From positions 13,206,001 to 13,270,000 of the forward strand of contig CM022671.1 of NCBI GenBank assembly GCA_012295275.1: 64,000 nt of DNA. The letters are read 5' to 3'. The notes under the pieces were generated by a model. That model was not told the origin of the DNA. It made no database searches and saw only the letters and a list, made by a program, of their open reading frames with translations. The number at the start of each line of letters is the position of its first letter. Within the stretch, counting starts at the first letter, position 1. Source of the DNA: Chrysomallon squamiferum. Lineage: Eukaryota; Animalia; Mollusca. The translations under genes and the position numbers were made by a program. This document shows positions 13,377 through 25,015 of this stretch, piece by piece.

Positions 13377-15878
13377 GGCAATTTTGAACTTTTGAAGTTA
13401 GCCTGAAATCATGGAGATTGAATCAATATCACAGTATACCCTAGAATGAGGTCTCTGTGTCAAAAATGCAATTCACCTCTTAGTTTATTACAGTATGTGC
13501 ATCTCAGATGAAATTTATAACGGGAATTGTTTCTAGCTAGTTTCATTTTTTGAGATCATGGCCCATAGTAACCTAACCCTGTGGCCCAGTGAGCCATCAC
13601 AGACCCTATTACATAAGTGTCTCCCACAAGAATGTTGTTGAAGGCAACCTATCAAACTCTATATTGTAATTGAGAGCAATAATGCCTCTATAAGCATCAA
13701 CAGTTTTTCAGTTAATAAAGAAATTTGAGAAAAAAAGAAAAACAATTTGTAATTTTTGTCTTTAGTCTGCAATTGTAAACCAGTTGTATGTTATTTGCAG
13801 TAAGCTATGTTGTGCCTTAGATTATAACATGAAATATACATTTTCTGTATTACAATTCATATTAATTAATTGTTCTGACTGATATTGCCAAATGAAAATA
13901 ATTTAATTCTGGCAACTCCAAAACAGCACTTGTTATCAAAAACCAATAAGGAATTAAATTAGGTGTGATTACAATTAAATGACTTTACTTGTCATGTTCT
14001 TAAGAAATAATTGCAACAGAAATGTATTATTTCTTGAGTCAGTTAATATGAGGACCTATGAACCTATGAACATTCTCAAGAATTATCGAACTATCATATT
14101 TTGTTATGAAAATAAAACTTACTGGATGGATTACCAAGCAGTTGACTGGTACAGCCCTTTTATTCCAAACATTGAACATTTGTATTAATAATTTGATAAA
14201 TCCGTTTTCATTCAAAAGATTTTTTTCTTTTAATTCTAGATATAGGCTGTATTTTTATCAATTGTGTATGTATTTCAGAGTGTTTAAGTTATGTTTATTT
14301 GAATTCTTAATAAAAATTCTATTTTTCAGAAGAAGAAGAAGAAAAAAGTTAATAATAATTAAAAAGATTATATTCTCTTTTGTATATTTAATTATCTCAA
14401 GTATAATGATGTCTTGAACCATGATTCCAAGTCTCTGCACATTCCAGATACAATTTACTCTATGTGTTTGTTTTTGTGTCTGTGTGTATCTCTCTAGCTG
14501 TTTACTTACCTATATATAGATCTATACTGTTGTCTCTCAATTTTACTAATACAAATAACAGATGAATAATAATAACAGTTATATGATAATGTAAAAACAG
14601 TACACAGAGAAACCCGATTCAAGAAATTGTATCACTTGCAACTTCTGGCCAATACTAAGGCTCTTTTTCTCACTTCTTCCTCTTGAAGCCATTGAAGCAG
14701 TTACTAGTAACAAGACTTTTTTAGTAATAACAATGATGAAACTACAGCGAACCTTTGGAGGAAATACTGTGCCACTCCACTACTCCAAGTGCCATCTAAC
14801 AGACACTTTTGAGTTGTCAGTCTGGGATCTGGGAAATGGCATTATGTTCAACTATTTTGATTTTTCCAGGTTTGGTCCAGATTAACGGAAATCTGTGAAA
14901 TCAAGAGTCAACAGTATACATATGTATACGGGATAGGAGGGCGGCCCACTATGTCCTTCTTTTTTTCTAGCCTCCCTTTATGCCAGAAATTCAGAAAATT
15001 CCCACTGTTATTTGCCTAAGTTCTCAATAAAACATGCCAATAATTATTATAATGTTGCCTCTGTTCTGTCTATAATTATTGTTGTCTGCAAGCATCAATT
15101 TGTCAAGCATACAGCACTTTTTAGCACCAATAAACAAATACAAATGACATTTTTTAGCCCCATCAAATATTCATGAAAGTTTAACTATGACACCTTGTCA
15201 ATTCTGCCCTTTTTCTACCTGTACCCTTTTCCTTTTTCAGTTGGGGGAAACACACACACACACACAAATATACTGAGTCGGAAGTTGGCAAGACACTTGA
15301 ATAAATGTTTTTTTCTTTTTTGGTGAATCAATAGATTTTTGCAGTTTTCACTGTAGATGATTCTTTAGCTATTCTTTTATTGATTTCCACTCTTGATATT
15401 AAGTGATTTCTCTAAATGGGTGACTATTCATTCGCTAAGCTGTCTTGAAAACGTGGAAAATGGCAGATTTGCATAGTTTCCTTTCAAGCAATTTTGAGAC
15501 AGTCCCTGACAAGCTACACATCACGTGAAAGCTTTCCATATATGAGCATCTATATGTTAATATCTGTGTTTTTCAGCTGTTTGGATTGCTTATACCACAC
15601 ACCCTATAATTTTCAGCAGTGTAAACTATTTTGGTCATATGGTAGTAATGACGAACTCATGCCCCTGGCTGTTGATGTCTTTGGTTCAGTTACAAGATCA
15701 TTTAATAACCTATAAATACTGTGCATTGGTATTCCATTACATAAAAGTAAAAAAAAAAAAAATGTTGAGTTGATAGAATATTAAATAGTATAAAAGAAAG
15801 CCATTAACTGTAAACCAAGGAATTATGATAATGTAGGTTCTTGTTTTGTCATAATGATGGTGGTAAATATAAGGTAAT

Positions 15879-15960
15879 GTAGGACAAATGTCCCCCACCA
15901 GGACAAAAGCACAGACAGACAAAAGCCCCTGAGTAAAAAATCAAGGTAGGACAGAAGCAA
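15879..15960. repeat. Short array of GGACAAAAGCCCC-like motifs, probable transposon subterminal repeat; similar motifs at 18168-18235
   Basis: ggacaaatgtcccc, ggacaaaagcac, gacaaaagcccc and ggacagaagc lie just left of the LTR element; gacaaatgccc and ggttaaaagcccc lie to its right. Confidence 0.4.
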
Positions 15961-15962
15961 CC

Positions 15963-17959
15963 TGTTATATCCATTTCTGGTTGCCACAAATAGTTTGATA
16001 TGCTACAGGGCATTTCTGGCTGCCTTATGGTTGGTATAGACACATCATTTTGGTGACGAGGATGGCCCCAATTTGGGTCAAATGGTAACAAGAACTGTCA
16101 GTTAGTAATGAAAGACACAAAAAGCCCCAGAAATAAATTTTAAAGCTTCACAAACAGCTGTGATTTTGATTGTGCATGCCTCCAGTATGAGTAAATTGAA
16201 AATCTTTTTGTGGCTTTGTTGAGTCAAGTATTTCGGGAAAATGGTGGGTGAAATCAGCAGAATTGATGTATTTGATGAAAATCTAGAGCTATGAGATGTA
16301 GGTAAAGAAAGACTTGATCAATATTTTATTGCGAGTAGTATAAAAGATGACATTAAAGTTCTAGCATTACTGAATTTAATCAGAGGAAGTATATATGGCA
16401 TTTTGCTTGATTTGATAAAAAAAAAGCTTTAGGGTTGGTGTGGGATGTGAAGAAATTCTATTCATACCTATATGGAAAGACCTTTCACTTAGGTGACAGA
16501 TCACCAAACATTGGTGTCCATTTTTCATCCAGAAAAAGGAATATTTGTAACAACATCAACTCATTTTTAGTGTTATGCACTTTACTTAGCTGGTTTTTTA
16601 TATGACATTGAATACAAAAAACATGGCAATATGGATGGATTATCACATCTTCCCAATACATTGGCTCAAGAGGAAGAAAATATGCAGGAGTTTGAAAACA
16701 TGCTGGTATCAAGCAAGGAGGTCAGAAATGCAACTGCCAAAAACACAGTGTTATTAAAACTATATGATACTGTAATGAGAGTTATCTGTTCATCAAGGTT
16801 GTCTGACATGGGGAATTCTTATTATTATTCCTCAGCACCTTCAAGCAAAAGTCTTGGAAGAATTAACTAAAGGACAATAGTTATCTGCAAGATGAAAATA
16901 TTGGCTCGAAGTTATGTTTGGTGGCCAGGTATTGATGATGAACTTGAAACCTTGACTAAGTGTTGTTCTGGTTGTCAACAAAACAAACAGATGCTTTCAG
17001 AATTGCCTGTTCATCCATGGGAATGGACGCAACATGCATGGCAATATATGCATGCAGATTTCACAGGTCCATTCAAAGGATCCATGTTCTTGGTGGTAGT
17101 AGAACTTTTTCAAAATGGTGTGAGGTTATTCAAATGAAGTCAACAACCATTGAACAAACAATTGAGTTTCTTTGGTACATATTTACAAGAAATGGCTTGC
17201 CAGAGCATTTTGTGTAGAACAATGGCCTACAGCTTGTTTCAGAAGAATTTGAACAGTTTATGAGCTACAGTGGCATCAGGCATACAGCATTTGCACCCTA
17301 TCATCCAAGAACAAATGTCCTTTCAGAAGGATTTGTGCAGTCTCTGAAACAAACATTGTCTGCTTCAAGATCAATTAACGGTTTGATTTTGACAAGACTG
17401 TCAAAATTCCTTTTAGCCTATTGAAGCACTCCACAAACAAGAACCAGTGAATCACCAGCAAAACTGTTCATGCGTCATGAATTGAATATATGGTTGGATT
17501 TAGTCAAACCTAACACCTGGAAGGAAGTAGAATGGGTTCAAGAAAAAGTGTCTTCACTATTCAGAATTGCATTAGAGATTTTGAAGAAGGATATTCTGTT
17601 GCAATTTGAGATTTTCACCGACAATCTAGATGGATTCTTGGAGTGACTGATTATATCAAAGACTAGTCCCATCTTGTACAATGTGTGTAAGTTCCACCTG
17701 GTGTTGTATGTTATAGACATACTGATCAAATAAAAAGTGCTGATATTGCATTAAAGCCTGAAAAACAACATACCACACTGGCAACCCAGAAGCGTTAATC
17801 TGACAATAACAACACAAAACATGGTAGATCCAGTATTAGTGAATGAGCAACCTCCTGCGGAAGAGCAGCTTTTGATGATATTACACAAAAGCAGCCTGCA
17901 GAACCATGTTATATGTTATATTAATTTCTGGCTGCCTTGTTGTTGGTGTAGACATAATA
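15963..17959 (+). mobile_element. Decayed Ty3/Gypsy (Mag-like) LTR retrotransposon, protease and RT deleted
   Basis: Short LTR remnants 15963-16047 and ~17907-17959 share tgttatat...atttctggctgcctt..gttggt.tagaca. Gag N-terminus from 16241 (ERLDQYFIA..IKDD..V.ALL), RNase H (KKFYSYLYGK..TDHQ.LVSIF), integrase (MKILARSYVWWPGID..C..CQ, HADFTGPF, NGLPE, APYHPRTN). Many stops and frameshifts. Confidence 0.92.
16051..16065 (+). other. Primer-binding site of the LTR element, complementary to tRNA-Ser(GCT) 3' end
   Basis: TGGTGACGAGGATGG 3 nt after the 5' LTR end (..ca). Matches TGGCGACGAGGATGG with one CpG-type transition. Confidence 0.75.
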
Positions 17960-18649
17960 ATAATGACATGATTCTGCCTTTTTCAGCCAATAATTTGATG
18001 TGCAGCAGGGCAGTATGGCTAAGTAAGTGATAGAAATATCTCTGGATTTGGATGTAGCTTCCCAAAATTGATGTGACTGTGCCATGGATACCAAGTTCAT
18101 AGTCACATGTCAAGACAGCTGAATCTTATGTGGTTGAATGGGATTCTAGTAGCTGGATAAAAATGCATAGGCAGACAAATGCCCTCCAGTGAAAATACAA
18201 GACAGGTTAAAAGCCCCCGCATAGATAAAGCAAAGCAGTACAAAGTAGGTAGTATCAAAATATGGAGTTTATATAATGAGGTACTTAGTCAAGCTTTAAT
18301 AACTAACTTTAAAGATAATCCACATAATTAGCATATGACTGATATAGCATACCTTAGAAAATAAATTCTCTGATCAAAATATGATTATTATCAGTTATTT
18401 TGTAGTAATTATGTTGATCAAACATATTAAATTGATAATCATGCTATTCTTCTGATTTTTATAAAGATATGTAGTATCTATGCTTTACTAAAGTGGTTGT
18501 TTGCAAAGTTGCTTTTTATGAATGAGGGAGTAGCTTTTAACTATCTAGATGCTGTGGTGAATGTTTCATAAACAAACCATTAGAAGCTGTAGCAGAGGTG
18601 TTTAAATCCTAGTTCTGTTGCAAACACAAAGTCATGGCTCTAGTTAGAT

Positions 18650-18698
18650 GGTTGTAGGAAAAATGTCACTAGAAAAAAATGGCAGCGGAAAAAAACGG
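18650..18698. repeat. Terminal fragment of MITE family B
   Basis: GGTTGTAGGAAAAATGTCACTAGAAAAAAATGGCA matches the reverse complement of the 50195-50235 end and the start at 24418. Confidence 0.55.
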
Positions 18699-19260
18699 TT
18701 TTCAAAGACTGGGGGGTCTATATCCCAGTTAAACCATTTGGATTCTTTTTAATAAAGATATTGTATTCAGTGCATTTTAAGTTTCCTACCTATACTCATT
18801 TACCATGCCATAATTCCTGTTAGAATTGATGGATCTTCTAACATGATATATTGTAAGAAAATGCTGCTCTTTCAAGTGATAGTAATACCTCTTTCTGAAT
18901 TTTTATGAAACAAGACTCATTTTGTGTGAACTTTACATACATATTTATTTATACAGACTGACAAAAATGCATTTTGATAGAGAGCATGGAAACAGGAATA
19001 TTTTATGTTTTCTTTTGTATTTTCTAACATATTGAATTAATCAAAATTTCATAGTCATTTCATAATACTAGTTGTCTTTTAGCCTGTTTAATTATGCAGA
19101 TCAAGGTTGGTATGTTGATATTCAGTACCAAGCAGTGTCACAATTGTCTTTTCTACAATTGTTCATATCACAGCCACCATTTTGGTGTAGGCCTGTGACC
19201 CTTGGCTGTCTGGACTGCCATCACTGAAAGGATATCTTGTTGCATGGAAGTGATTTAAAT

Positions 19261-20225
19261 GGCTTACTCCCATCTGGTAGAATTCCCATTTCATCGAAAG
19301 GCTAAATGTGGTTCAGTGGTCTTATTGACATGCATGTCTTTATCTCAGTCATTATAATGAACTGTTAAAGATTATTTGGAAAGGATTATTATTGTATAAA
19401 CACAGTAATATCTCGCTTAACGATATCCTGCTTTAACAATCTTTTTTCTTTACAAATTATATAAATATAAATTTAATAGTTAATTGCTCGAAATAAATAA
19501 TAAAAATGGACATAGCATGTTTTTAAGTCCGTTTTCTTTCGTTTTTCATTCATTCATGAGCTTCTCTCATCTGTGTTGATCAGTTGACACATCATACGTG
19601 CATCTGATATTCTGATTCTCTTTTGTTTGTAAATTAGTCTTCCACTTACTTCACTTAACTATTAGAAATTTGGAACCAATTACATCTTTAATCTGAGGTA
19701 TTATTGTAGTATGGATATCACTTATCGCATAAAGTATACAAATATGACAAATATCGAAATAATATATATATCGAATGTAGTGAATGTAAATAATTAAAAA
19801 AGAAGGTATTCATCTAAAAGTATCCCCAATGATTTGGTCCTTCAAATAAACTTTTTCAGTCATAGCCAAAGTATTTGCAGGTCATAATATCTTTAGTGTA
19901 CATACTATTAATATACTATGTCCCGTATATTGTATAATATGTGCATAATAGTATAGTATGTGTGCATAACGTAAATTTGCTCAGAAACATGTTTAAGCTG
20001 AATATGGTTTAACTCGAACAGTTAATGATAAATGTAATTTTCACATATTCTATTTACTGAATATAAGTGAATTACTCGTATGTAAAATATGTTGTTTTTT
20101 TTCAAATTATATTGCTGAATAAAATTAGTTATTTATAATATTTTTGTCATTTTCTTTTACATAAGCAAGCTATGAGAATTAACAAAAAACACATCGTGCC
20201 GTTTTTTTCTTTTCTTTTCTTTTTT
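19261..20225 (+). mobile_element. Family A copy with internal deletion (~19625); left arm of an inverted fusion
   Basis: Starts GGCTTACTCCCATCTGGTAGAATTCCC. Jumps from ..gattctcttttg to ..gtaaattagtct relative to other copies. Switches orientation at ~20226. Confidence 0.9.
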
Positions 20226-23200
20226 AAACATTTCCTTTCCTCTACAAAACAACCAACAAATAATAAACAATTTTACATCAGTTTCACCTATCTATTAAAA
20301 AAAAAGAAAAAAAAAAAAAAAAGAGAATAAAAGAAAAAAGGGGCATGATGTGTTTTTTGTTAATTCTCATGGCTTGCTTCTGTAAAAGAAAACAACAAAA
20401 ATATTGTAAATAACTAATTTTATTCAGTAATACAATTTAAAAAAAACATTTTACATACGAGTAATTCATTTATATTCAGGAAATAGAATATGTGAACGTT
20501 ACAGTTATCAGTAACTGTTCGAATTAAACCATATTCAGCTTAAACATGTTCAAGACATACATTACTCAGCATATTTACGTTATGCACACATACATATTCA
20601 CATTGTACACATATTATATGTGACATAGTATAGAGTCATTCCGTGTCAAATCACCCAGTGGGTTAAACCCAACCATATCAGATTTTTATGACTTGGTATA
20701 CTTGTTGCTTGGGATCCCACAGCAACAAATCTGAAATTTTAGGCCAATCGGACCAGTGGTGTGGGGGATATGGCCCCCCGAATTTTGAGATTTTTGGCAA
20801 AAATGGGCGTGACCACCAAACTTTGAACCCTCATATCTCAGGAACTACTGGGCCAATCTTCATAGAATTGGTATTGTTGGCAATATGAAAAGGATTCCAA
20901 ATCTGGGGGTCACTGACCTTTTGACCTTTGTTATGACCTTGAAATTGACAGTGTGGATCACGTGACCTTGAGATGACTTTTATTGAAATTTAATCTCCTA
21001 CATGTTAACTAAAACATATAAAAGTTTCCTGGGTGTAATGTTTTTTGTTTAGCCACAATATAGATTTAAAAAATGCATACCTTCATGGATGATTGATCAG
21101 TGCATTACAATGTATGTTTTCTACATGTATACACTTCTCTGAGACCAAAAACTCATCAAGGAATGCCTGAAGGACATGAAAAGATGCCAAATGGCATGAC
21201 ATGTTCTACACAATCAGTCTGAAAGGGTTAACAGGCATGTCAGGAACTCCTTGAAATCCCCATTGAGCAGATTGCAATTAGAAGTTTAAGACAAAGAAGT
21301 TTCTTCATCTGCATTTCTTTGACAATCTGAAGTTTTCAAGTTGGACACAATGTTAGATATTGATATGTAAACATTAAGTTTTCTTCATAAAACCTATTAA
21401 GTCATTTTATCATGTCACGTGGCCTTGCCAATGGTTTTGAACAAGGTTTCAGTCAACAACAGTACAACCCAGTCTGAAATCAGACTTCAAGTGATGTACT
21501 GCATAATGTATTTGTACACCCAGTCTTCAGAACAGAGTATGAACAAGGTCTACTTTCACCTTGATAAACTGTGATTTATACTTGAAAAGTTTGACCTAAA
21601 TGCCTAAGGCTTGTGGGCCTTTGGCGAAGACACATGTACTCTGCTGCCATTTTATGACCTGCTTAACTTTACTGAAAGGGTTTCAGGGTTTGATTTGATC
21701 TTTTGGAAAGCACTGACTTTGTTCTGATGAATTGAAGGTGCAGGCAATATTGAAAATCCTTTTTTGTTCCAGGACTAACTGCAGCTTTTACTCTCCTGAA
21801 AATGTGTGTTATCAACACTATCATACCAAAAAGGAGTTGTTGCGAAGTGTATGGAAAACTGAGGAAGTCGAACTCCTCACTCTTCAAAGTTGGATCAAAA
21901 CATGGGACATGAAGAGTGTCTGTTCACATCATGAACAAGAACTTTTAATCAAGTTTTCAACATTACAGAAAAAGAGTTGTGATCTCCTTAATCACCATCC
22001 TAAGCAAGCATGCACTAGATTTTTAAGAATTGTTAGCATGGGCACTTATCAATGGTATGTGAATCCAGAGACACTAGTGCCAGGAGACAAGTTGTGCTGT
22101 GACTGTTTGATTAGCCTTCAAAAATCAAAGGTTCAAAACCCAGCAGAGGATGGGTTTAGTATGGGTGGCATAACTAGTGGAGAATTTGATGATAACTTGT
22201 CAGACAAACCAGTGGTTGTTGTTTCCCCAGAAAAGGACTTTGATTTGAATTCTATCCTGTCAAGTTTAGGCGAAACTCCTGTTAAACTCCATTCACTAGC
22301 ATGTTCTAGTAAACGAATGAAAGGACAGAAAAAACTAGCATCAGCTACAGTAACATTAAAATGACATCTTGAAACAGTCTATGATATTCTGCTTCATTCT
22401 CCTAAAAGTAACTCATCAGAAAAATCGGACCTTCATTTTTTCAGGAACATGTTGGAGGAGTTAAAAGAGAAATTCAACAAGTCCAAATCCTACCCAGAGC
22501 ATGTACTAATCTTGAGTTTGTCACCCTTTACCATTGAAAGGACAATGAATGAATTTGAAACAATGAATTACCTTATGAAAAAAAGCCGTGTTGTGAAGAA
22601 AGAGAAATGGGTTCTATCCCTCTGTGATTAGAAACAAGGGAAAGCTCTGTCAAATGAATTGAAGGAGGAAATAGTCCAATTTTATGAAAGTGACAAGAAT
22701 AGTAGAATGTCCGGGAATGAAGGATATAGTGAGCATTTGAAAGAAAGATGGTGAGAAGGTTAAGCATCAGAAACACCTTGTTCTTTCAAATTGATGTGAA
22801 CTTTATGCATACATATAGGCCTACAATGTCTTACTCATTGACCAAAAGAGATGGTGATTCCTAGCATCCAGAATTGATCATTCAGGTTTTAGTTAATCAG
22901 ATGTTAATGGCAGAAAAGGTGTTATTTTCATGGATGTGCATTTTTTAAATCTATATTGTGGCTAAACAAAAAATATTACACCCAGGAAACTTTTATATGT
23001 TTTAGTTAACATGTGGGAGATTAAATTTCAATAAAAATCATCTCAAGGTCACGTGATCCACACTGTAAATTTCAATGTAATAACAAAGGTCAAAAGGTAG
23101 ATTTGGAATCCTTGTCATATTGCCTTAATAATACCAGTTTTATGAAGATTGGCCCAGTAGTTCCCGAGATATGAGTGTTCATAGGTTGGTGGTCACGCCC

Positions 23201-24415
23201 ATTTTTGCCAAAAATTGCAAAATTCGGGGAGCCATATCTCCCACACCACTAATTGGCCTAAAATTTCAGATTTGGTGCTGTGTGATCTTGGTCAACAAGT
23301 ATACCAGGTTTCATAAAAATCATAGATGGTCGGGTTTAAATTTTTTTGGCATGGAATGACCCTATATTAATAGTATGTACACTAAAGATATTATGATCCG
23401 CGAATACTTTGGCTATGACTGAATATGTTTAGATGAAGGACCAAATCATTGGGAATACTTTTAGATGAATACCTTCTTTTTTAATTATTTACATTCACTA
23501 CATTCGATACATAGATTATTTCAATATTTGTCATATTTGTATACTTTATGCAATAAGTGATATCCATACTACAATAATACCTCAGATTAAAGATGTAATT
23601 GGTTCCAAATTTCTAATAGTTAAGTGAAGTAAGCGGAAGACTAATTTACATAGAATTAAGGTTAAAAGCAGTGGTTACTTTCTCGCTGATGAAATTTGAC
23701 ATTAAAAAAAAGGTGAAATAAGGAGAAATAAAACAGCAGTTTAGACATAAGTGATTTAATAGATTATAGATATAAACTAAACAGTAAATCATTTACAAAT
23801 CAATTTATACAAATACATTAAGAATTATATGCTGCTCACTGTGGGGTAATTTTTGTGGGTTTTGGTTTCATTTAAGATATTGTATTTTGTTTCTGAAGTT
23901 ATTGTCTTCCATTTCTTTTTATCATCAGCATTTGCCGATATATATTATCATGATACATTATCACATCATTATCACATTTAAAATACAGTATACATAGCAA
24001 CACTCAACCACTTGGTATTGGTTATTCATTTTGACATATTGGAAGGGTAAATTACAAACGAGTTTAAGTCTAAATCGAAGCAGAAGAGAAAAGAGAATCA
24101 GAATATCAGATGCGTGTATGACCTGTCATCTGATCAACACAGCTGAGAGAAGCTCATGAATGAACGAAAAATGAATGAAAATGGACTTAAAAACTTGTAT
24201 TGTATCCATTTATGTCTATTTATTTTGAGCAATTGACAATTAAATTTGTATTTCTATAATTTGTAAGGAAAAAAGATCATTGTTTGTTACTGTATTTATA
24301 CAATAATAATCGCTTTCCAAATAATCTGGAACTTCATTATAATGACTGAGGTAAGACCACTGAACCACATTTACACTTTTGACGAAATGGGAATTCTACC
24401 AGATGGGAGTAAGCC
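20226..24415 (-). mobile_element. Family A copy, reverse orientation, interrupted by the Sola2 element
   Basis: Collinear with 43548-44937. Ends GGGAATTCTACCAGATGGGAGTAAGCC at 24415. Split at catagTATA / TATAttaatag. Confidence 0.9.
20633..23362 (+). mobile_element. Sola2-type DNA transposon, internally deleted, with ~440-bp TIRs and 4-bp TATA TSD
   Basis: Termini GAGTCATTCCGTGTCAAA ... TTTGGCATGGAATGACCC fit the Sola2 5'-GRG..CYC-3' rule. TIRs ~20633-21080 and ~22935-23362. TSD confirmed by the empty site catagTATAttaatag near 43930. Broken ORFs 21732-22810 show CSHH..CD...H..LR...PGDKLC..C, LKEKF, V.FYE.D..SR and QK.LVL.N, resembling the N-terminal half of Sola2 transposases; the catalytic core is missing. 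Confidence 0.82.
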
Positions 24416-24417
24416 AG

Positions 24418-24835
24418 TGTAGGAAATAATGGGACTGGAGAAAATGACATCAGAAAAAACAAAATGGTACTGGAAAAAAAGGCACCTTATTTATTTTTTC
24501 TGTAAACGTAAAAGTACTTTTGAAAATATAATTTATTTATGGAATATTGTTACATATATGTATATTGATATATAGCATCACTCAACCATTTGGTTTTGCT
24601 TAATAAAGTACAATATTATATCAGAATTTAATATTACAATTATCGCATCATTATCACATTTAAAATGCAGTATACATAGCAACACTCAACCACTTGGTTT
24701 TGGTTTTACCATGAGATTTCTAGCAGATGTTGTGACTAGCAATTATTGTTTTTGTTAGCAGGATACATACACACACAAACACATACACACCGCACACATA
24801 CACATCTATGTATATGTGTGTGTATATGTATATTG

Positions 24836-24874
<39 letters not shown>

Positions 24875-25015
24875 TACATGCATACAGATACATTCATAAA
24901 GATGTATTTGATGTTAAAACGTATAGGTAAAATATCCTCCAAAATTATATTCTGTCAGTTCAAACATAGCATTAGATGTACATGTATGTGTGTGTGTATG
25001 TATGTATGTATTTGA
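24418..25015. mobile_element. MITE family B copy (one end), with (CA)n and (TG)n tracts
   Basis: TGTAGGAAATAATGGG..AAAATGGTAC..AAAGGCACCTTATTTA terminal motifs. Internal aaaatatcctcca..caaacatagc segment shared with 50030-50095. Confidence 0.65.
24838..24870. repeat. (CA)n microsatellite
   Basis: Direct reading. Confidence 0.9.
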
